A stretch of 64,000 bases of DNA from Geosiphon pyriformis uo1 (taxonomy: Eukaryota > Fungi > Glomeromycota), in contig JAAOMT010000523.1 of the NCBI GenBank assembly GCA_016748015.1, positions 378,935 to 442,934 of the forward strand, read 5' to 3'. Position 1 is the first letter of the stretch. The number at the start of each line of letters is the position of its first letter. Made by a program: the position numbers and the translations under genes. A model generated the notes under the pieces. It did not search any database. It had not been told where the DNA came from and was given only the letters and a program-made list of their open reading frames with translations. Positions 13,927 through 26,784 of the stretch are shown in pieces.

Positions 13927-14433
13927 ATCGAAAAGAATAGAAAAAATGCTCTAGTTTCATAAAATCTGATCTGTAAAAACCTAGGGTTATCTCCTTTGTA
14001 TATATATGCGTCCCCGATGATTTCTACCTCCGTCTTTTTTTCGTACTTTTCGTGTGCGAATGAACATTGAAAGACATATCGCATTTCATCGATTTACCTT
14101 TTATTCCTTCGTGATTTCGATCACACTCGATTTTTTAACATACCGATTAATCACTCGTGTAAATACTGCCGCTTAAAAAACTTATTGCCAATTTTATGAG
14201 TTGGCCATCGTTATTTTCGAAAAGAACAACAATCTGATCTGTAAATACATCGCAATTAAGAAAAACATCTTTAATAAAAAACGCAATTCGTAAGCTGAAA
14301 GGAAAAATTATGTTAATTTAAACTAAAATATTCCGTCTGTTTTAAAACTGATAATTGTAGATTTTTTTGGTTTGGAAGCTTAAAAGTTATTGGATCAAGG
14401 ATATTTATTCCCAAACCGCTTTACCTACTCAAA

Positions 14434-14442
14434 GTCACGTGA
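14434..14442 (+). promoter_or_regulatory. GTCACGTGA E-box (Cbf1/bHLH-type site) ~70 bp upstream of the MBOAT ATG
   Basis: Exact RTCACGTGA motif, followed by a TATA-like CTATAAA at 14471-14477. Function is inferred only. Confidence 0.3.
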
Positions 14443-14509
14443 ATCTCTAAAAATGTAGATCGTGAATTATCTATAAACAGGATTTTTGGCTTTTAAAAAT
14501 TAGTGAAAA

Positions 14510-15661
14510 ATGTGGTCAAAAACTCTCGTCTCCTTTCCGACCTACACTTTTCTTCTTTTTACCCCTTTAACACTCCTCATTCAGTTGGTTTCAACTTCCA
14601 CAGCACGAATTTCTAGTAGAACCAAACGTTTCCTCGCATTTCCTTTATTATTGTCACTTATCTTAATTCCACCTAACTTTTATTGTGATCTTTTCCTCTT
14701 TAATTTTACTTATGCTTCCGTTGGTATAGTCGTCTTTTTTCGCTATTTCGACTTGTTTTTCTTTTCTCCCTGGTTTTACAACACAGAGGTTTATACAAGT
14801 CTTGAAGCAATAAAAAATGACGCCTTGCTGATTGTTCGGAATCTTACAACTTCAAAGATTACCAGCACCAAATCCTCGGACCAGGTAGAAACTGCAAGAC
14901 CACCTACTCAGAAAGGATTTGCACCCCACATTGTTTCCTCTTTTGTCTTGGTTCCCGTTATCCTCGCATGGCATCTGATACATGATGCTATAGGCAGATA
15001 CTGCATGACATTAACAGCTGAGAAAGTATTCAGATTTTCACAAGTAGAATACTTTTTGTTTGGTCTCTTATCATGTCTGTACATACAGGCTTCTATAGAA
15101 TTCTCAGCTCTTTTAATATCCTTTTGGTGGACCCTTTTGTTCAATGGTGGGCGTTATGATACTCGTGAATGGCATTCGGCTTTTGATAATCCATGGATAT
15201 CTACCTCGCTCTCTGAGCTTTGGTCTCGCAGATGGCATCAAGCTTTTCGTTCAATGTGGGTTTCATTGGTTTTTAAACCATTACGAATATTGATTCAGAG
15301 TAAATTAAAAAAGGATTTCCCGAGATTAGCTCAAGTTTTGGAACTTACAATCCCAACGTTAGGAGTGTTTGTAATTAGTGGTATCATTCATGAATATCTT
15401 GCATATGTGGCAATGTATCATACGTGGACACCTGGTCATCAATTATTCTTTTTTACAATGCAAGCATTGGGAATGATTGTCGAACGGTTTTTTTTCCAAA
15501 ATTATCTTTTGATAAAAGAATCACATTTACTTCGAAGAATCTGGGGACTTGGATATATTTATTTCACGTTACCCTACTTTCTGAGATGTTTCGTAGAGGT
15601 GGAATCGTGGAACGTTCATAAAGAATTTCCAAGCTTAATAAAAATTATTTTCGCTATTTAA
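14510..15661 (+). CDS. Membrane-bound O-acyltransferase, wax synthase / MBOAT_2 type
   Basis: Multiple hydrophobic segments; FDNPWISTSLSELWSRRWHQ motif; catalytic-His motif FVISGIIHEY; intact 383 aa. Confidence 0.9.
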   Translation: MWSKTLVSFPTYTFLLFTPLTLLIQLVSTSTARISSRTKRFLAFPLLLSLILIPPNFYCDLFLFNFTYASVGIVVFFRYFDLFFFSPWFYNTEVYTSLEAIKNDALLIVRNLTTSKITSTKSSDQVETARPPTQKGFAPHIVSSFVLVPVILAWHLIHDAIGRYCMTLTAEKVFRFSQVEYFLFGLLSCLYIQASIEFSALLISFWWTLLFNGGRYDTREWHSAFDNPWISTSLSELWSRRWHQAFRSMWVSLVFKPLRILIQSKLKKDFPRLAQVLELTIPTLGVFVISGIIHEYLAYVAMYHTWTPGHQLFFFTMQALGMIVERFFFQNYLLIKESHLLRRIWGLGYIYFTLPYFLRCFVEVESWNVHKEFPSLIKIIFAI

Positions 15662-15949
15662 AAATAACATTAATCCTCAAACCGATTGAATCTCTAAAAT
15701 TAATTCAATTATTGAAAAAATCCAAGCACTGCCTATAGCGTTAAACCACGCCAAGCTTAAATAACAGTCATCTTTCGGATTTGGAAATAATTATCAATTA
15801 TCAATGATGCTCCCAAGACGTCACAACAGCGGCTATTCTTATAGATCATCTGATTATATATATGGACACCTACAAAAGATGAATATGTTGGAAATTTCTT
15901 TGTATATACCATTTTAAATTCACATATTTCTAAACATCATCCTCAGAAC

Positions 15950-17826
15950 ATGCCAGCTCCACCACCGCCTCCACCGCCTCCGGTAAAAACTTCGTCACCC
16001 TCGGGCGGACGAAATGCGTTACTGAAAGACATTCAACAAGGAAAAAGACTGAAAAAGACTGATACCAACGATCGATCAGCCCCACTAGTTGAAGGTATAA
16101 TTTTTATTCAGAGGGTGTATTCCCAGTGAAAATGTAAAAGTTTAAATGGGACTGATAGCCTTTTGAGGCTACTACTACATTTCAAACTACCAAACTTGGT
16201 TTTATAAGATTTTATTCATCTAAAGCTTCCTTGTTAAGATTTCTGTCTCACTTCAATTACAAAATCAATTTATCTGACTGTAACCTTTTCTTATTTTAGT
16301 TAATAAAAATGGAGTGGGTTCTTCAGGATCTGGTCGAGTTCGGTCTTTAAGTGCAGCTGGTGGTGGTGGCGGCAAAGTTAACCCACCTCCGGGACTTGGA
16401 GGGCTTTTTTCTGGTGGAGTGCCGAAGCTTAAGAGTCGTAATGATGCAGGAAATGGTAATGTCTTGACTTAATACTTTGCTAAATGTGGAAGCTGTTTCA
16501 ACTCTAAATAAATGGTGGTACAGAAATTGGATAAATTTTCTAGATTTGGAAGATGATACATGATTGAACAGGGAAATATACAATTAGCTTTAAAAGTAGT
16601 ACTCTGAAAAATCAATGTCAAGAGTCAAAATGGTTGGAAGCTTCAATAATTTAACATTTAATTGAACTATACTTATAAATATTACTTAATTCAGCTTTGG
16701 GGATTCCACCGCCTCTTCCGGGTGGCCGTCCAAGGGCTACAAGTTCTGGTACTCCTGCTAATCGTTCATCGGCAGTTCCAAGTGTTCCTTCAATAAGTTC
16801 TGCTTTGCAGAATAGAAATAACAACACCTTGCCAAGAAGCATTGGTAAACATGTTACAGCGAACTCTGCATCCCCACCAGCGTTGCCAAATCGAACAACT
16901 CATATAACACCTGGGCGAATAGTTCCAGAAATATCAACTTCAGCAAATCCTAAACCCATATTGCCTTCTCGTAACAGTAAAATTTCAAATACACCCCCGT
17001 CTTTGCCAGATAGAAGTAATCCCCCATCTCCACCACCCAGAGGCGCAAAGCCTCTCCTATTAAACAATAAAAAAGCACCGCCACCACCGCCACCAATTAG
17101 ATCAACAGCACCAAATGTTTTTGGGAATTCAATCAACAGCAAAGCTAATACACCACCACCACCACCACCATCACGAACATCCATAGCCATACAAAGGTCC
17201 CAATCACCACCACCACCACCACCACCACCTCCTCTACCACGAACATCCATCGCCACACAAAGGTCGCAATCACCACCACCAACACAGCATCGCCAGGTTT
17301 TACCTGTAATTGGAGATAAACAAAGACCACTAACGGCTGTTTTACCAACTAACGGTACTAATAACAATTTTGCTCTACGAAAATCAATCAATGCCCAAAA
17401 ATTCTCGGTTATTCAATGTATGTACTTCTGGAATGAATTTAATCGTTTCGAAAGAAAGAAATTAAATCCATCAGCTAATTTTATTTTGATAATCAAAAAA
17501 GCCACTGCATTTATACAAACAGAACCTCAAACAACAGAAGGCCGATGGACTTTTCATCCTTCTTCTGATTTTCCTATTCCTCCTCCTTTTCGTAATTCCG
17601 AAAAAATATATCCTTCTGGATCCTCTACAGGAAGCTGTATGTTATATTTGAAAAATATGCTTCAATTTTTCAAAATTTCAATTTGTTGCTATTATATATG
17701 TATTAACAAGATTTTATTATATTTAAATCAGCTATCCCACTGGACTTGTCATCGCTTTCTTTACGGGGCAATCCTCAACGCGCACCGCCACCACCACCAT
17801 TTGGAAAGATAAATGGAAGAAGATGA
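15950..17826 (+). CDS. VRP1: Verprolin / WASP-interacting protein; exons 15950-16094, 16300-16455, 16695-17417, 17502-17636, 17732-17826
   Basis: MPAPPPPPPPP then WH2 GRNALLKDIQQGKRLKK..TNDRSAP; second motif GLGGLFSGGVPKLK; Pro-rich body; C-terminal WASP-binding RWTFHPSSDFPIPPPF..EKIYPSG..IPLDL. All four GT-AG introns are phase 1 and join in frame. Confidence 0.92.
17150..17280 (+). repeat. Internal tandem duplication in verprolin: (CCA)n runs plus two RTSIAxQRSQSPPP units
   Basis: CGAACATCCATAGCCATACAAAGGTCCCAATCACC and CGAACATCCATCGCCACACAAAGGTCGCAATCACC, separated by poly-Pro codons. Confidence 0.85.
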
Positions 17827-18379
17827 AAGATTTAATAGAGGAAAACAAAATTGATACCCTAATTAATAAACTTTGTATCTTTGTTAATTGATGGTATTTA
17901 ATGAGGATCATCAATAAGCACCAACATGATATTAAAACTCACGCCAGTCATTCGCAAGATCATTTTGACAAACTTGGGGTGAAAGATTACGAAACTTGTA
18001 ATTTCCGAAAATCCAAAATGTCATAATTGCATGTGCTACATGAAAAGAACTGAATAATGTTTACAATTGCAATAAAATATTTATGAATGTTACATAGTTC
18101 AAAGAATTAACAATTTTAATTATTTACATATGTTTTTGAACATAATTCGAGTGTACTTAATATAAAAATTTCTTGTTAACAAAAGTCTTATTTTATTAAA
18201 ATTATTGTTGAAATCATTTATTCATGATTATATTAAAACATGTAAATAATAAAATTGGTAAAATGTTATAATTTTAAATAAGACATTAAAAAATAAAATA
18301 ATTTTTACTTTAAATTATATTAGAAAATTAAAACAATTTATCTAAATAAGAAATTAAACTTACAATTAATTTTTTTTTT

Positions 18380-20050
18380 TTTTTGAAATATAAAAAGTAA
18401 AACACAAAATTTTAGTAATATATAATAATATAGTAATATATGTTTTTTATTATATTTTTGCAAAGACATCTTTTTATTGTGAACTTAATAATTGCTTTTA
18501 ATAGTAATATAATAAAAAAACAACAAAAAAGATTGTTTATAGTTATAATAGTGGTATTTTTTTCTAAAAACAAAAGATTTAAATTAATAATATTAAGTAT
18601 TTTAATAATAATAAAAATATATATTTTAAGCAGATTTTTGAATAGTATTAGTGAATTTTCAAACATAAAAACTAACTTAAATAGAAAAAAAAACAATATT
18701 TATTAATTATTAGTTTTAATTCTAAAATAAATATTTTTAAAACAAAAAAAATCCAAAAAAATCAAAGATACTTGTTAAAAAATTCTATGTTTTAAATATT
18801 AATATCTTAATAGTTAAAAAAAAGCATTATAATAAAAGTATTAATTATTTAAAAGTTTATTTTTAATAGTAAATAAATTTAAAAAAAGCAATTATCTTAG
18901 CTTTATTCTAATTTTAAATAATAATATTAATCTGATTACAAATTATTAAACTATAATAAAAAGCTATAATAAAATTTGTTAAATTAGATTAAATTAATTT
19001 GTTAACATTCAAATAATTAATATTAATTAGCAAAAATTTAATAATATAATCAAAACTAATATAAATTAAATAATTTGATTTGTTAAGTAATTGTTTTAAA
19101 ATACTGTTATTTATTTTGTTTATAAATATAATTATATATAATTTTGGTATTTTTTTGAAAAAACCTGGTAAAAAAACTTGTATTATTAATTGCATATTTA
19201 TTATTAATTTTAAGATCTATTATATAATAGTTTGTTTTTGAATTTAAAAAAATTTTAAGTTAAGTTTATTATACTATTTTTGTATTTAATAAAACAAAAC
19301 TAAAGAGTTGAATTAAGGCTTAAATTAAAAATAAGTTTAATAATATATAAATTTTTGCTTCTGATTTAAACTTTAATTATTTAAAGTTTAAAATTACAAT
19401 TATTATAAAAAATAATTTAACTTATTATGTTTGCAAAGTTTTTAAGATAATTAGTTAATTAAGTTTTTTTTTTAAAAACAAATTTTTAATTTTTATTTTG
19501 AATTTATATGTTAATACTTTATTAAATATATATTTAAATTAGATTAATAATCTTAATTTTTTATAATTAAGTTAATAAAAAGTTTTTTTGCTGTTTTAAA
19601 TAGTAATTCAATAAAAATAATTTTAAGAAAAGTTCTAATTTTAAAAAGTATTTGGATTTTAATTTGGTTAATTTTTAATATATAACTTAATAATTAAAAC
19701 AATAATATAAAACAATTTAAAAAAAGTAAAAAAATCATTAATTGTATTTTTATTTTTATTTTACTATTAAATACTAAATAAATATGTTTAAAGAATATTT
19801 TTTTATTAAAAGCAATTATATATCTATTTTTTTTAAAAATTTTAAAATTAATATAAGTTTTTTTTATAATATAATATATAGTTTAGCTGATAAAATTTTT
19901 AAAAAAATTTAGTCTTATAGTTTTAATAATTTTAAATTTATAAAATTAAAATTTTTAGTTTTTAAGATTATTAAGATTTTTAGTTTGAACTTTTAGATAT
20001 AATTTTTTGTTTTAATTTTAATTTATTTTAAATTTTAATATTTATTTAAT
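18380..20050 (+). mobile_element. Ancient LINE relic A, 5' part (ORF1 and APE region), interrupted by LINE copy 2
   Basis: Residual peptides KKPGKKTCIIN (~19158; copy 1 QADGKTCIIN), YLDFNLVNF (~19650; copy 2 CFDLGLVNS) and FIKLKFLVFKIIK (19937-19975; copy 2 FHRLELLVSKLVK). Boundaries approximate. Confidence 0.6.
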
Positions 20051-20190
20051 TGGAAAATAATATTTTTTTTCTCTCGTCGATCCTCTGGCCACTGCGAAAG
20101 CGAGAGAATTTTTAAGAGAAATCACTTTACTTTATTCCTTTACCCTTCATTCATCAAGTCATTTCTTCTACTATACCTCTATTTGTCGCA

Positions 20191-22134
20191 ATGGAACCAA
20201 TAGGCTCTTCTGCTGGTGGTTTTGGCTCAGTTTCGGCTGGTTTGGGGACCTGTCAGAGTGCGAAGAAGAAGCACGTAGATATGGTCTACTCTTGGAGTGC
20301 ATCCTACAAGAAACCAAAGAAGCCTGCTGCTGGTAATGTGGTCAATTCATCTACTAGATTGCTAAGCCTGGAGGATATTGGTGGTGCTGGTGCCAAGCCT
20401 GTGGTGTCCTGGGGCAGTGAGGTTGGCAGTGTTACTAGTAGTGTCAGTGGTCTCTCAGATGTTGAAAATATGGTGACCACAATGGCTGAGGAAACCAGCT
20501 ATGCAGAATCAGGTGAGGACAATGGCATGGACGAAAATACACCGAGGAAGACTCGTATTCAAACATATATGCTGGGCAACCTACTGAAGTGATCTTTGTT
20601 TGACCATATGAGTGACGATGAAAAAGCGCTGGAGCTTCCTCCCTCTAAATTCAATGGTGCCAATCAGATGCCGCATATCAGGTCACGTGCCCCGGAAAAA
20701 AGAAATTTCGAGCCAGTAAAATTTTTCGCATTAGATATTGAGGTTTCGGCAGTGCCTGAGAAGACAAATATTGATAAGTTGATGGCAGTTAAAAAAATTT
20801 TTTATCGAATTGATGGATTTGGGAGAGCTTCAACTCTCTCAAAATTTCCAGGAATAATAAGATTATCATTTACATCTGAAAAAAGCTTGGTTAAGACAAG
20901 GGAAATGGCAATTAATGAGAAGATTTTGGTAAATGATGATCTAAGAAAAGTAAACAGCCATTCAGATTGGGAAGTGATTGTTAAGGAGATTCCAGTGGAT
21001 CTTCCCAAATTGGCAGTGGATTCGGCATTTTTTAAATTCAGCAAAATTGTTTTGATCAAAATGCAGCTGACTGGTTTTTGGCAAAAGACCCTAATTGAGT
21101 TTGAGTTATTTGAAGTAGCTAGTCTGGTTGTGTCCAAATGGTCAGTCCTTATGGGAAAAGATTCGGTGCATGTGGCTTTGGCAGTCAGTGATAAACAAAT
21201 GTGGGTATTAAAGGATCAGCATTAGGCTTTGCTTTATACTCTTCCAGTTGGCACCACTGCCCATGATCTTTCCAGTTTGTTGGAATCATATGGTGGAAAG
21301 ACTTGTTTCATTGGCCATAATCCTAATTCATATGTTCATGATAGATGTGTTATAATTTGTTTTGGTGATGAGGCATTTAAGTTGGCTGCTATTGGTACTG
21401 TTCCAGTTTTCAAGGGTGTGAGTTTGTATTAGGCTGGTCTTTTTTTGGCCAGTTGCACTCGTTGTAAACAATTTGGTCATGTTATGATCAACTGTTCCTT
21501 GGGTGAGAATTCTGGTGTTCGTGGAAAGAGAATGGTTTCTGATCAAGATTGGATTTGTCTGGCTAGGATATATAAGAAAAAGTCAGCTCTTATTGCTTAT
21601 CCAGTCTTATTTGGTGGTAAAATATGGGTCCAAGTTGCTGGTGGCTTTCCTTCTTGTGTGGTTCTCTCTGGTTTGGTTGGTGCTGGTTTGCATTCTGGTT
21701 TGGTTTCTCCTTCAATGATGACTGATTCTCCTACCATTTCTCATTTGAATAACCGGCTGGCAATTTTGGAGCATTCTTTGGAGCTTTTGACTGACCGCAT
21801 TTTTGGCATTTTGGTTTGACTAGAATCTATTGGTTTGGTTCCTGTGGTAATCTCATCTCTGAGCTCTCTTTCTGTTGTTTCTGAGATTATGACTTCTGAT
21901 GTGAATTCTGATATGATTGTGGATACTGCTTTGGTCTCATCTAGTACTCCTCTCTCCATCGTTCATAATGCTGTTGTTGAGCTCAGCTCTAGTAGTTCCA
22001 AAGTCCTCACTGCCAAAGTGGGTGGTTTGGAAATAAAATTGATTGCTTTGAAGGCCTTGGTTGGTTCAGTTTTGGATAAGTTAAATATTTTGTGCTTTGG
22101 TTCAGGTTTGTCAGTTCCTCTGTCTTCTCAATGA
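20191..22134 (+). pseudogene. LINE ORF1 with CX2CX4HX4C zinc knuckle
   Basis: Five same-frame fragments separated by stops. Knuckle CTRCKQFGHVMINC. Ends ...LSSQ* as in copy 1. Confidence 0.85.
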
Positions 22135-25100
22135 CTCACTTAATTTGGAAAATTGCTGCATGTAATGTCAGAGGTATGAACAATTGTGTGAAGCAGGCAG
22201 ACATTATACATTGGCATAAGGATATGAACAATCTGGTCTCCATTGTTACTGAGACAAAGTTAAGAGGCATGGTTCATTCATGGATCACCAATAAGTTCGA
22301 TGGTGTTTGTGTTTTTACTTCTGGTTTGGATTCTGGTCACATGGGATCTGGTGTTGCAATAATTATAGACTCTTTTTTAGCGAAGCATGTGTGCAAGATT
22401 TTGGAGATACCTGGTCAGCTGTTGTCAATAAGGCTGCTTTTTGGGAATAAACTTTCTGTGTTTATTCTTGGACTGTATGCTGGTGCATCTTCAGTGATTC
22501 AGTTTTCTCAGGCTAGTAATATCAATTCTCTCATTGCCAGAGCTGTGAATAAGACTTCTTTTGTCATTCTTGGTGGCGATTTCAATGAAGATAGGTCTCA
22601 TAAATGTGCCAGTTTCAGAAAGTGTTTTGATTTGGGTCTGGTCAACTCTCTAAATGGAAGCACTTTTGTGAAGTTACCAACATAGTGCAATTCTCATGGT
22701 ATTGCCAAAATGATTGATTACGTGTTAGTTTCCTCTAGTTTAGTTAATGCAATCATGGATTGTGGTGTGGTGGGTGTTGAGAATTTTTTTGATACTGATC
22801 ATAGGGCTGTTTCTGTTTCTGTAGATCTGGGTGGTTTGTTAGATGTGCAGCCGCTATCACTATGCAAACAGGCCAATAAAGATCATTGAAAGTTCGATGT
22901 TAAAAATGCCAGTGAAAAGAAGTAGTTGGAGTTTAAGAATACTACAGCTGCTAATGCTTCTATGCTTTCAGATGCATTTGTTGTGGCTATGAAGTTTTTG
23001 GATAAGGATGCAATATGGGACATTCAAGAAAAAATGGTTCAAGGGTTATAGTAGTGTTTTCAATAAGGTTTTTTCTAAGTTTCATAGACTAGAACTGCTT
23101 GTGTCTAAGCTAGTTAAGGCCTCTTGTCTGGTTTGTGGTGGGAATTTTGCTTCTTTGTTGAACACATGGGATAGGCTTGACTCAGTTGGTGCCTCGCCAG
23201 TGAAGTCTCTATTTTTTTTGGGTTCTGGTTTTGATGCTATTTGCTCTAAACTGGCTAAGACGAGGAAAGTTTACTGCTCTTCGAAGATGATGGAGTCTAA
23301 GCGCACTAAGGAATCTCATATTAGACAGACTATTAAGAGAAGAATGGAAAGTTTTGAAGTGGATAAGGGACACACCATCAGAAGTGTTCTGAAGCATCTT
23401 TTTCATAAGGTGGTACTGGATCACTTGGTCGCGGATGAGGAGTTGGTTCTGGAGCCAGATTTGGTTAAATCTAAGATCAATGAGATCATGGAAGGTTGGA
23501 CTAGGAAGTATGCAGTAATGCCAGATATTTCTGATGACTGGGTGCACTAATTTCAGCCTTTGGACTATGTCTTTGATGATGCCTTCTCTGAAGTAATGTG
23601 TTTGATTGGTTTTGATGAGTTGCTTACAGTTGTCTCTAATTTGCCCGATGGTAAGACGGCTGGTCTTTCTGGTGTCTTCAATGAATTGTAGAAACACTGT
23701 GATAGAAAAGTTTTGGATATGCTTTTGTTATTGTTGAATTTTTGTTTGGAACATGAATCTGTACCTGGATCTTGGAAGGAAGCTTGGATGTCAATGATTC
23801 CTAAACCATATGAATGGGAGGGCATTCTTATAAATACTTGTCCTATTGTATTGATTAAAACGGCCTGCAAGATTCTTTCTAAGATTCTCTCAGACAGAAT
23901 TTCTTCGGTCTGCAGCAGGTTTGATGTTTTGCATGGGGACAATTTCTCTGTATTAAAGGGTATGACAATACAATCGCCCATTTTTGCTATTGGTTCTGTG
24001 GTAGAAGATGCATTGGAAAAGGGCTGGGAACTGTGGCTGGTTTTGTAGAATATGTGAAAAGCATATGATTCTGTTGGCTGGGTGCATCTCAGAAGGAGTT
24101 TGGTTAGGATTAAGATGTGTAACAAGTTTATTAAATTTTTTGATGACATTCACAATAATTGCACCAACAGGGTGATAACAGATTTTGGCTTGACTAATGG
24201 TTACTGTGTTCATGATAGTCTGGACCAAGGGGAGGTTTTTTTGCCACTTCTTTGGTGCATATTTTACAATTCACTCTTGTGTGAAGTCAAATGACAGGAA
24301 AGTATGTGTGGTTATAGGTTGAACTCTCATTTTATTTCCAGAACTGGCCAGGTGAAGCCTCAGGCCAGGCTGACATCATTCTTGGCTGCTGGTGCTTTTG
24401 TTAATGATACCATTTGGGTTGGTAGTAGCCAGGCTGCTATGCAGCACATCTTTAATGTTGCTAGTGAATTTTTTAGAATTAATGACATTTCAATTAACAA
24501 TGACAAGACTGTAGTCATTCTTATCAACAGCCAGATTGCGAATCCTTCTTTGACTATCAGTGGCTCACCTATCTCTATCGCCAAGAAGGGTGAACCTCAT
24601 CAGTATCTGAGTATTTTTTTGTCTTCTGAAAGTCTTTCGACATCTAGTCTGGCTAAAGCTCACTCGGATGTTTGGTTCTTTGTTAATCTTGTTCTGAGAA
24701 AGACAGTCTTGGACAAACAATTTGCGTATTTGGCTTCTGCAATTCTTCTGTCTATCATCAGCTACAGAACTCAGTTCAGCTTCATTCCTGTTAGTGTGTG
24801 TAATAAGTGGGACTCTATGGTTCGCAGGTGCTTGAAGTCTAAGTCTAGACTGCCACTCAATTTCCCCAATAACGCAGTTTATCATCCTTCTTTGTACAAT
24901 TTTAAAACTTTTGAACAGATCCAAGCTGAGAGTAAATCAGCTGCTGTTTTGGCTTTTGCGAATTCAGTTGGTATTTTGGGTCGTTTGTTTTCTCACAGGT
25001 CTCATGATCTTCAGGCTCTCAGTTAGCGTCCCTGTCACCCTTTGCTGTTTCCAGCTCATGTTTATGTCAGCCCTTCAAACAACTTTCTGTCAGGTGTGGT

Positions 25101-26784
25101 TTGTATTTTTTTTGGGTGTGACTTGTCTTTGGGCACTTCTCTAGCCAGCACTTTTCGTCTCCGGGGTGGCACTCCTATGTCTCTTGTTCTAGGTGAGCCA
25201 AGATTTCTCAAATGTGTTCCTTCGCTCAAATGCTATGGTATCGCTTTTATGGAACAGTTTTGTGACAAACATGGTGTTGCTTTCAGTTGGAAGACCTTCA
25301 AACATTGGAAAAAACTGGATCCCTATGGTCTGGTTCCTGTTTGGTTTGATATTTCTGTTCAGTTTTTTGGTAGCATTGTTCCTTCTTTTGTGTACTCTTT
25401 CTCTGTGAGCGATCATGCTTCTCCTAATATTTGTCTTTCTCACAATTTTGGGATTGTTTGTGACAATTTGTTAGATATTGATGCTGCTGTTCACCTCTCT
25501 GTATATACAAATAGGTCTCTAAGTAGTTTGGGTACTGTTGGTATGAAGACTGGTGCTGCTGTTTTCTTTGAGAATATTGATTTGGGGTTGGGTGTGAAGG
25601 TGTCTGGTTTGGTTTCCTCTATGCTTATGGAGTTGCAGGCCATTGCTCTGGCTCTTGAGTGTGTTTCCTCTCTTTGTTCAGTGGATTTGTTCTCAGACAG
25701 CCAGGCTGCTTTGGATGCATGCAGATCCGAATCCCTATTGGCTCAGCCAGACTTCAGAAATTGTTGTTGGATCGAGCGTTGCCACATTGCTAATGTTATT
25801 TGTGATAAAAATTTGGATGTAAATTGGATCAAAGTAAAAGGTCATTCAAGTGTCCCTGGCAATAAACATGCTGACTTACTTGCGGGGATCACTGCCTCAT
25901 CTTCTTGGTGGCTGCCACACAGAGTTGATAAATGGTTTTTAAGAGCTGGTAACTTTGCCATTTTTGGTAATTCAAGACATTTTGTTCACAATATCTTCCA
26001 GTCAATTTATTAGGTACGTTGAGAGATTGGGTCCAGTTCCCAAGTTTTGGTGGATAGTTTGCAAGATGATGTTGATTGGGCCAGGTCTGTTTTGGTGTAG
26101 CACCCGGATTCCCACATGGCTGCTGGCTTCACTAGTTTGCGTATTGCTGGCTTTCGGACTTATTTCATAAAGGCTCTGCATCATCGACTTTCTGTCACTG
26201 TGCATAAGTGTCTATATGATAGGCTTTACCCCAGTATAGTGTGCTTATTCTGTGGTAATGTTGAGATCTTTGATCATGTTTTTTTTTGCTCTTTTGACAC
26301 CGTTGGCCATGAGCATTTAATGAACACTTATGCGGCTGTTTGGGAGGCACGCTCTGGTTTATCTTGTTCTTTTTCATGCATTTCACAGTTACTGTCCACT
26401 TGTGCTTCAAATTGTGTAGTTGGGGTGGCACTATGTAAAGGATTTGTTTTCAATAATTGGTATCGTGAATCTGTCTCTGTTTTTAAGGATCCCAAGGTGG
26501 CAGCTTGTAACATGATGTCCTTTGTGTGTGAGTTTTGTGCTGCATTCTGGGATGAAATTTGGTTGGTTCGTGTAAGACACTGGGCAGTGATGGAGAAGGG
26601 TAGGCTAATTCCTCATGACGGCTCTGTTCCTGCCTCTGTTTCTGGTTTTTCCATGGGTCTTTCAGCAGGTGTTGTTAGATTGTTAAGGGTTGCTAATGCA
26701 ATTGGCATTTGTTTCAGGTTTCGTAGGTCTTGTTTATTTTTTTCTGGTGCTAGTGAAGAGGTTTTTGTTCACATAAGTGCATAG
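22131..26784 (+). pseudogene. LINE ORF2 (APE-RT-RNase H-zinc finger), inactivated
   Basis: KIAACNVRG, TETK, LGGDFNE, IDYV (APE); L*NM*KAYDSVGW, LDQGEVFLPLLW, AFVNDT (RT); YTNRS..MELQA..DSQAA..KVKGHS..GNKHAD (RNase H); CLFCGNVEIFDHVFFC. Confidence 0.9.

Noticed and set aside
16697-17812. 371-aa ORF as a stand-alone gene, and the Gly/Val-rich antisense ORFs 16900..17391 and 17145..17348
   Set aside because: The ORF is verprolin exons 3-4 reading through introns; the antisense ORFs mirror (CCA)n Pro codons.
18412-19195. Ile/Lys/Asn/Phe-rich ORFs (also 11199, 36866, 57330, 63167)
   Set aside because: Compositional artefacts of very AT-rich or eroded DNA.
20069-20110. HDV-like or hammerhead ribozyme at the LINE 5' end
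   Set aside because: I could not build the nested double pseudoknot or find a CUGANGA core by eye; only a hairpin is supported.
1965-26784. Stop-codon reassignment or readthrough making the LINE ORFs functional
   Set aside because: Stops are of all three types, fall at different positions in each copy and accompany catalytic-residue losses; host genes use the standard code.
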